Source: Klebsormidium nitens | Taxonomy: Eukaryota > Plantae > Klebsormidiophyceae | DNA length: 64,000 bases | Reading direction: 5' to 3' | Assembly (NCBI GenBank): GCA_000708835.1 | Contig: DF237369.1 | Location: 18,349 to 82,348, forward strand | Shown here: positions 47,801-60,225 of the stretch, in pieces | Numbering within the stretch: position 1 is the first letter of the stretch | Layout: each line of letters begins with the position of its first letter | Translations under genes and position numbers: made by a program | The notes under the pieces: generated by a model | The model's input: only the letters and a program-made list of their open reading frames with translations | What the model was told of the DNA's origin: nothing | Database searches by the model: none

Positions 47801-47879
47801 TACTCTAATGACCTCCTTTGACGTACTCGATTTCTCCCTGGCGAAGGCAGCACGAGCGTGACCCGCAACCCGAAAATGT

Positions 47880-50800
47880 TCAAGCAAGTAGGGAGTCGAG
47901 GAGGCCGCCACATGCATCTTCTAAGAGGTCGAGGACCTGGAAATAGACGAGGCAAAACCAAGGATTAACGTTACGTTACCGAGACGTTGCACGCATTTGA
48001 TTTGCCACCTCACCTTTGTCACCACTCAAGTGAGAGAGTCTGTCACGTTGTACAATGCTGATACAACACGAATGTCAGGCAACAGCAAGCCGTACGTAGC
48101 GAGCAGAAGCATGGTTCAAACCGTCCCTGACCGCAGAGCTGCACATCTTTGCCACGTATTATTGCAGGGGCAAAAACAAAACCCAAGCACAACAGAACGA
48201 GCAGACGGGTCTCAATCGACCCAACGGAGCGAGGTGCCGTTTGAAAGGGACGAGATGGATTGCTTACAAGCTTGGACGGACAAGATAACCTCAACGCGAC
48301 ATCTCGTTGGTGAATGTGTTTCGTCCGGAGGACCGATGGCAGCATGTTGTACGCAGCCGGGAAAGAATCACCCAGACTGGACGGAACGAGAAACGATCCC
48401 CAGACCTCCGCATCAGCTTGAGCAGGCCCAAGACTGCTGGCACGCACCGTTGCGGCAGGGGCGTATCAAACCTTGAGGGACATGCCTCAGAGCACTCTAG
48501 ATGGACACAGAGTCCTAAAACCGAGTCCTCACCTTTTCAAACCCCTCCGAGCCGCCGTAGTAGGGATCCGGGACCTGGACGAGCTTATGACGTCAGCCAC
48601 GATGCTCCAAAGTAAAGTGGAGCGCTTTCCTTTTGCACTGATTGTTGAAACATCGACGGTTGTAGGCGGACAACATTGCAGTCGCAGCTATGGCCCTTTG
48701 AATGCACACTTGCATCCCGAACAGGGCGGACACGGGGACGGAAGGCCTCTAGGAACCCTTTCCACGAGCAAGCCCCGTTCGAAGGACGTCATGTAAGTAT
48801 CCATGGTTCACCTTTGCATGCTGGATTGACATCCGATGTAGCAGGATCGACGGCCGTGACAGATGGCTGAACCTGAATCAAGCATAACCCTGCCAACACA
48901 AAACCCTGCTGTCCTTCGTGCTTTGACTCACCTCTTTATCGTCGAACTTTTTACAGTAGCTGCACATGAGCCGCACTTTACTTCGGGCCGACTCGGGCAG
49001 GGGCCGTTGGGAGCTCCACTTATCGAAGGCCTTGTTAAGATCCCCTGCAGGATGCATATCACGGGTCTCTGTCATCAGATTAAAACGCTTCTTATTATCT
49101 TCGTCTAGACGAGGTGAAACACTTGACCCACATCATAGAACGTCTTGAGGAAACTCGCACGGGACTCGCAAGCAAAGTCATCAAAAAGTGAACACAATGA
49201 ACGCCGCTTCTGACAGCAAAAAGCGCGTATTCCTGCTGATTCGTAGCACAGGATGTATGCTTCCGACATTTAAGGTAGTTCGATGGCTGCATGCCGTACA
49301 GCTGGTCAGCTGGCATTTTTTGCCCCAGCTTCATTGTTACACACAGACCGCAGCGCCTGAAATCTGTCAGAAATACAAGGACATTGCGACAACAGGTTAC
49401 AACTTCGACAAGTCGGCCTAGGTCAGACTGTGACTATGTATAGCTATGCTTCCAATCCGGAACTAACTTAATCTGTGCAATGACCTGTTTGCATCAGGGG
49501 TTCGGAGATTGGTTTGTAGTTCTTAAGTAGGGAATATAGCTAGGGCGAAATCGACTCCCTGACGAACTTTAGCGCTTTGAAGGTCAAGACAACAGTTTCG
49601 GCTCCTCGATTGTCTTGCATGCAAGGGCATGAAAATGACAACCGGGTTCTGATCGGTTGCCAGCAAAGTGCTTTGTTTGAGCTGCACATATGTCCAGAGA
49701 TGCTCACGTTCGTTATTGTCGTCCATGGCCAGAATGACGTCAAACTTCTCAAAGTCTGACGGCACAACTGGCCGGGAAATGGACGTCAGCTTGACGCCCC
49801 TTTTGGCCGCGTGCCTCATCATACGCCCGTCTGCTGGATCGCCCTGCAGATAAAAGTGCCAATTTGTGAGCATGATCCATAACTACGACCCACTGAGATG
49901 CTTCAAAATCTTAGAGGATTTCGAAGCAAGAAAGTCGCCCTTGTATATACGGCAAGCTCTAGCTTAAGCTCAAGTCTCCGTGTTCAGTGTCACAGCCTCA
50001 GCTTCTCTCCTCTACCCACCGCATGTACGTGCATCTGTCCATTCCAATCTTACACAGTGTTGACCCTAGATCTGACCTTCTATCTAAGGGACAGGGAACT
50101 GACAAGACGCAATGATCGTGTCTTGGTTTGCTACAGTGAAGTGAAGGCGCCAGATCAGGACTGCCGCGAATCAGGTTCACAAGCATTGTTTCGTGCAGTA
50201 AACTTAATGCAAGCATTAGAAGGCTCATATCTCTCCAGGAGTACAGAAATGCAAGACAGAACATGTACCACCTAAGACTGCGGCACGTCCACCACAACAA
50301 GGTACGATTGTGCAATGTGTTGTGACATTGAAACTTTTATTCAGCTTTGTAACTGTTTGTAGCATTGATGAAACCTGCCACCATAAGTGCTTGCCTGATG
50401 ATAGTCAATCGTGCCCGCAGAATCAATCTCAAACTCATCACTGAGGCCTCTCTTCTCAACCGCAGCTCGGAACACAGCCTCTGCAGTGGGGCTCCTGCAG
50501 ATGTTACCTGCACCACCAAGTGAGTCTGATTCAACCATGGTCGTTTGGAAAGCAGGTACTCAAACTCCTCTAGGTTGTTATGAACCCTCCAATGATGCAG
50601 TTATGAACCCTCCGATGGTGCATCTGTAGGCCTCGTTAAGTTGCCTTGAGAGAAGACGTTGACGGATGATTGCGAAGCAAGCACCGGAGAGCATGGGAGT
50701 CTCGAAAGAAGGTCGCACTTCCCAGCTGGCAAAGGCTCTGATCTTTTACCACTGCTTTCAAAGACATCCCTCGAGGAGCCTTTTGCAGAGTCTATAATCT

Positions 50801-51530
50801 GAATCTCTTTCTTAAAGGATATAGGGAAAGTTACTGTTTGCCCGGTTCACATTGCAGTTCCAGACTTAGATGCACATAGAACGATGTAACTTCTGCAACC
50901 TACTAGCCCAGCCTCTTATTGATCCACAGAGGGGAAAGGTCAACAAGAGCATGAGAGCAGAATAGGTCTGGAACTGTTTCCGGAAGGAGACCAGCACATC
51001 AACAAACAGAGGGGCATTCGCAAGTCACTTCTACTTTCAAAGAACTCCAAAACGATACGACCGCCTGTGCTTATTTGAAAAGAGAGAAAAACCTCACCTA
51101 AACACACAAACAGGACCTTCTTTGGCTTTATGGCATTGTCTGTACTACCAGCCATGGCAACACCAAATTGGCGAGTCGAACGCTTCTTGTTCTCAAATCT
51201 CTTCAACCCACGCCCGACAGCAAAGTGATGAAAGCTGGAAGGAGATTCTAGCAGCTGCAGACTTTTCTGTGTCTTAATGCAGAAGCTATTTGAGTCGGTC
51301 TGTGAGCTACTGCAGTGATCGGAGCTGAAGGAAGATGCAGTGCGTAATCCTGTTCGTTGTCCTGCAAATTGGGTGCTTCTAGTCAAAGCGCCTGCTCTCC
51401 TTGTCGTAAGCCCGGCAGACAAAACATCCAACTTCAACAGGCTACGAGGTGTATTGATCTGCCTGCCAACGACCTGATTTGCGGAGCGAAGTCCCAGCTG
51501 GTGTTGAAAGCTGTTCAATGCAGCCGCCAT
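47880..51530 (-). CDS. Low-molecular-weight protein tyrosine phosphatase with N-terminal transit-peptide-like extension, 297 aa, 6 exons
   Basis: Exons 51530-51098, 50507-50395, 49843-49708, 49044-48932, 48574-48533, 47936-47880. P-loop VLFVCLGNICRSPTAE, DSAGTIDYH, VPDPYYGG, VLDLLEDAC. Intron 2 has a GC donor. Confidence 0.95.
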
Positions 51531-52027
51531 GATCGCTTCACACTCATCAGAAAGGAAATGCTGAAGCTAGCCAGACTGCCAGAGCACTCATGATGTAAAT
51601 TGTGATTAAAGTACAAGTAGAGTTGCAAAAAAGATCTTATTTTAGTGATTTTGCAATTCTATTTCGCGGCAGCTCGGTATTGAGAACCGGCAATGGGCGT
51701 CAGTGACTTCATCGACCAAAAGTGCACCCGGATCCAACAAACGGCAGACGGGTTGGAACGTTTCCTGGCTAAGGCATTATTTTTGGGCAAAGAATTAGCA
51801 ATATTCTCGAGAGGCAAGAGCAGTGGGCTTGAAGTGGAACAGATGAACAGAACAATGGTGGAAGGGAATGAACTGCGGTAACTTGGCCGGCGCATACAGT
51901 ATGCAAGCTCTGGTGTTGAGTCTGTCTCAAGGTTTTGCTCTCCCGAGAGCTCACGGCTTTGTTCATCAAGGAGCATAGCTGCTTGACAACGTACTCGTAC
52001 GGCAACAATTTTTAAAAGATTGCAACC
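51531..52027. promoter_or_regulatory. Probable bidirectional promoter between LMW-PTP (-) and coilin (+)
   Basis: Head-to-head start codons 497 bp apart. Confidence 0.5.
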
Positions 52028-55000
52028 ATGGGGGAGCATTCAGTCAGTCCTCCAATCAGGATTATCGTCGAGTTTTCTGAGGAATGCCGCGTGAACCCCC
52101 TGATGCAGAGACTGTGGATTTTGCTGCCGCGCCACCTGAAGACGGTCTCAGATCTCGCCGGTTACTTGGAGGAGAAATGTGTTCGGCTTGATTATGGCGC
52201 ATCTGCAGGGATTTCGCTGGAGGTAAGGTTGACAGGCCGCAAGTGTGTCCCGCAGTATGTGTTCTATGTGCTGGAACATTCTCGAGAATAATCCTCATCT
52301 TTGTTGGAGTTGAAAGAGAAGGAGATTTCTGATACTGCCTCGAGAATGCAGTAGTCTTTGAAGATACTTCTTCTTCCTAGCAACCTGCCAATATGAGTGT
52401 CAACTATCGTCAACTAGTTGCATTCAGCAGCTCATGGAGTCACTTACAAGGGATTCAAAAAGAAAATGGGAGACACGAAAGATGCTGTAGAAGTGAAACA
52501 AGAAGGGCGGTGTAGAAAGGGCAATAAGAACAGAGGGCCCTCCTTTTCTAGCAGAATATACTCAAAGCTTTGCTTTCAAACCAGAAGAAAGTTTTTGTGC
52601 TGTGTTTCCAAAGTATTGTAACTGTGATAGCTAAGATGATTGTTAAGGAGTGCTGAGCGTGGGTGTGTCTGCAGGTAATGCAATGATGTTCTGAATGATT
52701 CGGCACCTGCTTTTGAGATACGAATCCTGCAGTACCTGACGGTGGCAGGTTTGCACAACACTCAAAAGGAGGCAGCCAAGGCATCGAGTTAGCTGACTTT
52801 TCTGGGGTTATCTCTCATACTTTTCTGAGGTTATCTCTCTTACTTTTCTGGGGTTATCCCTCTTTCTTTTCTGGGGTTATCCCTCTCAGTTTTCTGGGGT
52901 TATCCCTCTCAGTTTTCTGGGGTTATCTCTCTTACTGGTACAGATTGGTGGAGTTCCTGTACCCCTGCATGAAGACATCGCCATTATACGTGATGCTGAC
53001 ACAGTCAGGTATGGCAAAAACCTGTCTATCCCTCTGAGTTATGTGGTGACATGTCGGGTTTTTTGGCTGTTAACCACATTCGGTTACGGGCTGGTTCGAA
53101 GCTGGTTAACTGTCCAATGACCAGACTCGAGCAGTAACCAGGTTTTAAACATGGCTACAACGCGGAAAGAACCAGACTGAAGTTTATGGTTATCGAACCT
53201 GGTTAGCAGCCAAAGTTCCCTGTGACACTATCCTTTGCAAATGATTGTTGTACTATGTCAATATCTCATTTGCTCCTGCTGAGGCGAGGTATTCTTCTGA
53301 ATCGGTAGATAAAATCTGTGTTCGCAGTAAAGTCTGCCTACTCTACTATTTCACCACTCTGAAGCTTCGTCGTATATATTGTTCCGTCGAGATCTGCCCA
53401 GTGTACTTCTTCAAGAACAAGTCTCGAGGCCGGAGATCGCTCCCTCAAGTTTTCTGAGTCCGGCTGTCAGGTCGGTGACTCCCTCTTCCTACTCTGTATT
53501 TTTGCAGGGTAAGGGTTCATCACCTCAAACCAGAGCTCCCTGCCATTGAGGGTCTGGCAGAGATGCTTGCAATCGAGGGTCCCCACAGTCTCGAAGCGCA
53601 TAGCTTGAAGGAAAATCGGGAAAGAAAGAAGATGGAACACGGAGGGAAGGGAAAAGAGGATCGGAATGTTCTAGTAGCAGGGTCAGACAAAGAAAAGAAA
53701 AGGCAGCGAGAGAATGGTGATGCGGAAGAGGGGCCTGGAGAGGCTTCACAGAACTTTCTGATTCAATATAAGGAGAAGAAGGTTAAGGCCGCGAAGATCC
53801 AAAAGGAACCTTGTCTTCGGACGGGAGAGTTCGTGAAGGGAGGAGTCTCGGTCGATAGTAAGTTGTCAAATGGAGTCGAAGATTCTAGAAGAAGGCACGA
53901 GGAACTTCACGGGGAGGGCGGTTTGGAGGTTAACCAAGGGGATGCAGGGAGCCTTCCCACGAAATTGGAGACTGGCAGGAAAAGGAAGAAAAGGTCCAAA
54001 AAGGAAGGGGATCGGGAAGAAGGGGCTCGGATTGATAATTTTCCGATGGAGCAGAGTGGCGAACGAAAGAAGGAGAAGCAACGGCGGAAGGGCGAAGACG
54101 AGGCCGCTCTGGAACGGGAGCAAAGCGAGGCGCCTTTGCAACTAGAGTGGGTCCCAGAAGCTGCGACTCTCGGGAAGGGTTCCGCAGAGGGTTCCGGCCC
54201 GAGTTTGGTAGGTTTGCCAAACGGGAAGCTGACAGGAAAAGCACTTCAGAGGGGGAAGAAAAAAACTTTGAAAGAAGCGGAGGAAGGAAATGAAGAGGGC
54301 CCGCTGCCAAGTGTGCGCCAGCCTCCGGAAGGGAAGACAGCGGAGCCGAGCGTTTCGAAGAAGGTGGTTCCGCGGGAAGAGACGGACGCAGAGGAAGACG
54401 AGTCGAGTTCTGAATCTGAGTCAGGGGGCGAGGCTCCCCCGAAAGAAAAGAAGGTGCGCCATTTCTGTGGAAAAGTTCGAAAGCAAGACATGGCTGCGGA
54501 CGCAGATATTGCCGAGGCGGTAGGACGTTCCTCCGCACTGATGGGTTCCCTTCGGAATCCTGCTCTTTAGTTTTCCTTCTTGTCTGGGATCCTATCGAAG
54601 CTCTTGGAAAGGGTGCTAAGTTTTGGTTGAGTCCGTACGGCAGGATCCCCATTCGCAAGAATCGATGGAACCACCACGTTGACTTGTTGGATGTTCTCTT
54701 CATAAAACTCCTTCAATATCTTCCTCTGTTCCCCTCTGCAATGAAACTGGAGTCGAATGAACCACATCGATCCTCCACATTTTCTAAGCCACCAGTCTGA
54801 CTTGCGAAGGACTCCAAACGCTCCCAACAGTCGACATCGGACTCGCCTGCTCTATAACTTCTACAGCTGTGCAGGTATAGGTAGCTGGTCCCCCTACGAG
54901 ACCCTGCACTGGCGCTGAATCAAAGCGCTCCGGTCAAAACATTTTGCTCACTGCATCCTCTGAAGACCTGCTGACATCAGCCGACGTCTCGCTTCTGAAA

Positions 55001-58000
55001 CGTGCTGACGTCACCCACTCTCTCCTTTTTCAGACACCTAGCCGCAGCGCCCGGCGGAAAGCGGCCAAGCGCCGGTATGCTCGGTTGGCAAGAGAGGCCG
55101 CCGCTGCAGGGGATGTTGAGGCAGTGACGTCAGGCCCGGGCGATACTCGTGCAAGGCACAACGTAAGAGCCCCGTCTGTGGTTCTCAATCCTTAGAGTAT
55201 GGGCGATCCAAGGCCTTTCGGGTCACAGGTTTCCATTGAGAATTTTTCGTTGGCGTTGTTTGTGTTACACGCGAGTAGTAGTAGGTCGTTGCTGTCTTTC
55301 CCTCGTATCAGCAAACATCTTCAGGGCGCATCAAGTCCATTCTTGTAACTTTCAGAGACGCAGCTAGGGGATGGTTCAAAGAGCTATTTGGCATCTTGTC
55401 GACTCGTTCTTTCTGCCAGGCATGTTACAATGATACCTCTAGCAGCAATCGTTTTGAAGCTTTTGCCCCAATCGTACTTTTATACTACGATTCAAATATC
55501 ATGGTACTTGGGAAGTGGCGTCAACCGAAAGGTGTGAAAGCTTCCCTGCGGCCCTCTGAAGTATCAGGATGGTTCCATGCACGAGAGGTACATGGTTGGT
55601 ACACCTTTGAACTGGAGCGATCGTCCGTGTTGAACACTGGAACGGAGATGAGAGGCTAGAGATTTGAGGACTTTGGGATCAAGTCAAAAACAATCTGGTT
55701 AACGCGAAACCCAATGAAAGCCCAATCATACAAGAATGGCGGCCGATATGTTTATGCAGGTCTCGTCCGTCTCGCTGGCTGTGGAGGCAGACCGATCGGC
55801 CGCGATGGGGGCGATCCCGGCAAGAAGGCCGGCTGCAAGCCAACACGTTGTGTTCGGCGATTCTGACAATGGTGAGCAGTCAGCTTTCTCTTCTACCGCG
55901 CCCGTAGGTCCTCCTTTTCCACGCTTTCTTGACTTCCGTGCGTCTATCTCAGCTGCTTCCCTCCGTAAAGCACGATTTGTGAAGGGAGAGAGTTTGGATC
56001 TATCTCTTTGACCCGACAATGTGAGCTGCGGGGAAACGCTCGACCGTGGAAACGCTTGACCGTGGCAGGTTCCGCTTGAGGTCCGACCCACCAGTATCCG
56101 GCTTTGCTTCCAGCGCGTGTTGTACCCTTCAAAACGTTTCAACGGATGCCCTTGCGACGAATCTTGGCCCTTGCGACGAGTCTTGACAATCGCTTTGTTT
56201 CGTGCGCAGAGGAAGGAGCTCCGAGAACCCGAGCTGCCAATCGACCACCGGTAAGCCGACTTCGTAGGCGATTGCGGTTAACAGTCGTGGACTCTAATCG
56301 TGGCCTTCCCCCCAGTCTCGCCTGAGAGAGACCTTTCCTTGAACAATTTCATTTTTCGGATTCAACGTTCGTTTCGTAGCATTTTAGGGGTGCATTCCTT
56401 CCCTTCGTCTGTAGATGAATCCGTATTCGCTTTAGCATATATCTATATTAAGGACAGAATGCGGAGGTCGCTTCCGACTCCCAAACACACACGACCAATC
56501 TCCAGGTCCCGAACTGAGGAACGAGAAGCCTGATTCCTGCAGAATGAATCCTAAAATCTGAAAGCTTCGAGGCGCAGATCGTTCTCAACGTCGGCTTCGG
56601 CGCGTCCGGCCAGCCCCTCTCCAAAGAGCGCGGTAAGGAGTGGGGCTTGCAGAAGGGGAGGAAAAGGGACCGGTACAAGGACGACACGTGGCAGCAAACG
56701 ACGGGCTGGGCGGAGGTTCCCCCTCCGGAGCCGGCCGCTGCGGAGATCACTGAGAAGATTGAGAGGGGAGCGGAAGAGTTTCGGCGGACGAGGACCGCGG
56801 AAGAGTACGAAAAGCTGCCGGACCTGGGTCGAGCGCCGCAGGTGTGCTTTCCTGCCTGTTCCTTGCTCTGGAACCTACTTCCTCTCTTGAGGAGATTGTT
56901 TCTTCTGTTCGCCGTCAGTAAGTCGGACGGATAACGTACAAAGGCACGCCAAATGCTCCGCAGTTTTGCAACGTTGTTTGGCTCCCAAGGAGCGAGGGAG
57001 AATCTGTGGACCACTACGTCAGCTGATGTCAAGACGGAGATTGATGCGCGCTTTTGCAAAGGAAGACTGTGCTCTTCGAGAAAGCTCTGATGAATGTGAT
57101 TCGGATCCGCAGGTTGCCGACGTACTGGCGTACCGGTTGGTCGAGCTGACGTCATCCTGGACCCCGCAGATATCGGAATACAGGGTAAGGCTCCCAACGC
57201 TGCCAATTCGGATCGTTGACGGCCCTGTTACGCTCCTTCTCAATTAAGGGTCCCAAAACGCCATTTGAGCGAGCCCTTGACGTCTTCCCCCTTGCTTTAC
57301 TTCTTCAAAGGCTAAGAGATTTTTGTGGATGACAAACTTGCCCAAAGTCCGTCTCTCTGGAAGCAATAGGTATGGCCAGTCTAGTTAATATGTCAAACCA
57401 TACTCCTCCTAAATATTGTCTTCGCAGCCCTTGCATCCGCCGTCCGATGCCTCCTGCTAAAATACTCTATTCTGCTTCATTATCCATGCTCTCCGTTCCG
57501 TTCTGTTCTATAATCCTTCAATTTCGGGGGAAAATAGAACCTCTGCTTCCGTTTTCTTTCGCCCGCTTTCTTCACAAAGTAGTCATCCTGACAACAGCAG
57601 AAGCTCCTCGAAACCTGTGCGTGCGCTCGATGAATGGCTGTCGAACCGTCGTTTCCCCTACGAACCGTTCCGCTTCGGTTTCCCGTTTCCAGGAGGGCCG
57701 CGTGACGGCCTTCGACGCCGCCTCCGGAACAGTCGCCCTCGCGTGGTGGCCGGCTGAGGATCTGGTCGGCAGAAAGGAGGCGGTGGCGCAACTAGACGAG
57801 AATTTTGAGGAGACGCTCCCAGCAGAGCCGGCGTTCGCGCCTCCGTACGATGAGGATGGCAATCTGGAGGTAAGCCTTTCGGCCCTCCCCAAATGGTCCA
57901 GGATGATGTGAACAAGAGGGGCGGCAACCTAGCCATAACCCGTGATAGTCGGGGGGTGGTTGTAGGGCGTTTTCCGGAATAATCTCGTGTGGGCACTGTC

Positions 58001-60225
58001 TCGCGAAAGTGGGTCAGGGTCTTCTCTTTAATAGTCAATCTCTCCTTCCGGTTCTGTTTTGTTGACCCGCACAGCCGAGAACGAAACCCGGTCTGCTCTT
58101 AGAAATCTGGACTTCAATCATCTCTATCCCAAGGCTGTATCAGCACAGAAATATAAAAACCACTAGCCGCCCCTCTAAGCTGCCAACTTCAAGCATTGCC
58201 GCTTTTTCGTGCTTCCCCCTTCAAGTGGAGCTCAGTGGACCGAAGCGGCACCTATTGCAGGTGCCTGACATTCTCCTTTTCCTGTCTTTATTCAAAATCA
58301 GTTCCTTCGTGCAGATCAACCTGGGTTCTTTAATGGGCGTCAAGCTCGTGCAAGCTTCCGAGGTCACGCTGGCGCAGCTCCCTGGAGCACCGCCTGTTCC
58401 GGCGTTTACCCCAGTGCATATCACCGGCGAAGGGTCGCCGTCCAGCGTTCTGGCCATGGGAGAAGCTGACCACCACACTACGGCCGAGAAGGGGGGCAAA
58501 AATGGCGGAATGACGATGGGGGCGGACGGAAACGACGGATCGGGAATAGGTGGCCGTGGGAACAACGGATCGGTAAAGAAGGGATTCGAGAATGGGGGCC
58601 AGACTCAGGGGAGCGGCGGAAACGGTCGCCTCCGGGCGGTAAAGGAGCCTCTCAAGGTGGGGGCAGGGATGACGGTGAACGAGTCTGAGGGTAAAAATGA
58701 CGAGGGGGTTAGCCCACGTCCGAGTGCTTCAAGCGGGCTCGATGCAATGCCGCAGACAGGGGCCAAAGGACAGAAAGTGAACGGTTGCCTGGCAGATGGG
58801 GACCGGAAAGGGGAGAGGCAGGAACAGAAGCAGGCGCAAAACGACGGGCTAGAGGCAGAAAAGTTGGATCATGCCCCTGCTGACGTCAGCCGAGCGTCAG
58901 CACCTGCCGAGCCGATTCCGACGGGCGTTCTCACCGGGCGGCCTGCAAACGGAGCAAAGGAGGAGGCGGGGAAGGTCACCGGGCATATGGAGATCTCCTC
59001 GAGCAAGGCTTTTCGCGCTAGATGGGACGCTTCGAATTGGGAGGGGACAGGAAGTGATGAGACGCTCTTGAGATCTGAGAAAGAGAGCGCGATCGTGTCT
59101 GGGGGCGGGGACGGCCAATCCGGGGACGGCGTAGTCGGGGTGATAGACGGGCCGGAGAAAGTGGCAGCAACGGACGGGATTGGGGTTTTAGGCGGGCCAA
59201 AAAATGTAGCTTTGGCTGGTGGGTCCAAGGGTCTAGCCGGGGCGAAGAATGTTTCGACTATCGGAGGTGAGCCGCAAGCGCTGCCAGCGGCCGGCGGTTT
59301 AAAGGTTGCGGGCGGGCCGAAGGGTTTGGGGCCGACGCCGCCCGCGTGGCAGGCGTGGGAGAGCGTGGCGCAGTTGCTGGCGAGAAGACGGGCGGAGATT
59401 GCGGAGCAGGCAAGAAAGCAAGAGGAGGAACGGAAACGAGAGGAGGCGAGAAGACAAGAGGAGGAGCGGCAACGAAAGGAGGGGCAAAAGGGAGAGGATA
59501 CGGGAAAAGCAGGGGACACGGGTGATCGAGACGAGGTGCCAAAAGAAGGAGCGGAGAATGAAGAGGAAGGACGCGGGGGGGAACTAGATGGGGATGGGGA
59601 AGAAGAGAGGAAGCGAGGGGGAGAGATCGGCGAAGGGGCGCGTATGGAAGGAGACGCAGCGAGGATGGAATGTGAAGCGGCGGGATGGGAGGAAAGGAAC
59701 GGAAGGAAAGAGAAGAAAGAAGAAGAAGAGAGCGAGAAGCCAAGAAACAGGAAGGAGAAAAGGAAGAGGGAGGAGAAGGAAGCCTTGACGAGCGGGACAC
59801 ATGAACGGGGCAAGTCTGCGAACAGTTTCGGTGGAGCGGACTTGGAGCAAGGGCCGGACGAAGCCGCACGTTCTGGGTTCCGCTGCGAACCGACTGGAAA
59901 CTTATCGGATGGAACGGCCGACCGGAACGATCCAGAAGTTGTGGATAACGGCTTTGGTCCTGGTGCAAAGGCGAAAGACTTGACGTCAGGCTTGCTTTCG
60001 TCAGCGGCGCTCGACGTCGCAAGAAAGAAAGCTGTCGAAAGCGGGGTCTCTCCGGACAGACATGACTCGACGAGTGGGATTGGAGGGGATAAGGCGAAGT
60101 TGGGGAAAGGACTGGGCGCCAACGGAGTCGGACCGCGGGGGGTGACCAAGCCACGTGCCCCGCGACTGGGGGCGCTGGGCCCCACGCTCGCGTATCTCAG
60201 GTCGCAAACAAATGAGCTGCACTAA
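52028..60225 (+). CDS. COIL: Coilin (Cajal body protein), ~1300 aa, 10 exons as modelled
   Basis: Exons 52028-52222, 52944-53008, 53508-54453, 55034-55162, 55760-55871, 56210-56250, 56578-56841, 57113-57184, 57693-57869, 58315-60225 with matching phases. Coilin N-domain (IRIIVEF...RLWILL...TVSDLAGYL...AIIRDADTVRV), PSRSARRKAAKRR, tudor-like DVLAYRLVELTSSWTPQISEYR and plant-type C-terminus ALGPTLAYLRSQ. Middle exons 5-6 are less certain. Confidence 0.88.
52798..52935. repeat. Minisatellite, 6 x 23 bp, at the 3' end of coilin intron 1
   Basis: Unit ttttctggggttatc(c/t)ctc(a/t)(ta/tt/ca)(c/g) in six contiguous copies with no spacers. Confidence 0.95.
53055..53222. mobile_element. Putative hAT-like MITE in coilin intron 2
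   Basis: Imperfect terminal inverted repeats cgggttttttggctgttaacca ... tggttagcagccaaagttccctg (right end CAGGG-type). Flanks tgacatgt / tgacacta resemble a decayed 8-bp TSD; internal aacca/tggtt motifs. Confidence 0.55.

Noticed and set aside
48375-48440. Possible echo of LMW-PTP last exon (VLGLLK vs VLDLLE)
   Set aside because: Short, frameshifted and ~500 bp from the acceptor; could be chance.
52798-52935. CRISPR array or interstitial telomere
   Set aside because: Units are contiguous without unique spacers, there are no cas genes, the context is eukaryotic, and the unit is not a TTTAGGG-type repeat.
53866-60185. Long minus-strand ORFs (53930-54703, 56448-57206, 58869-60185, 59258-60154)
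   Set aside because: Antisense shadows of purine-rich, low-complexity coilin exons.
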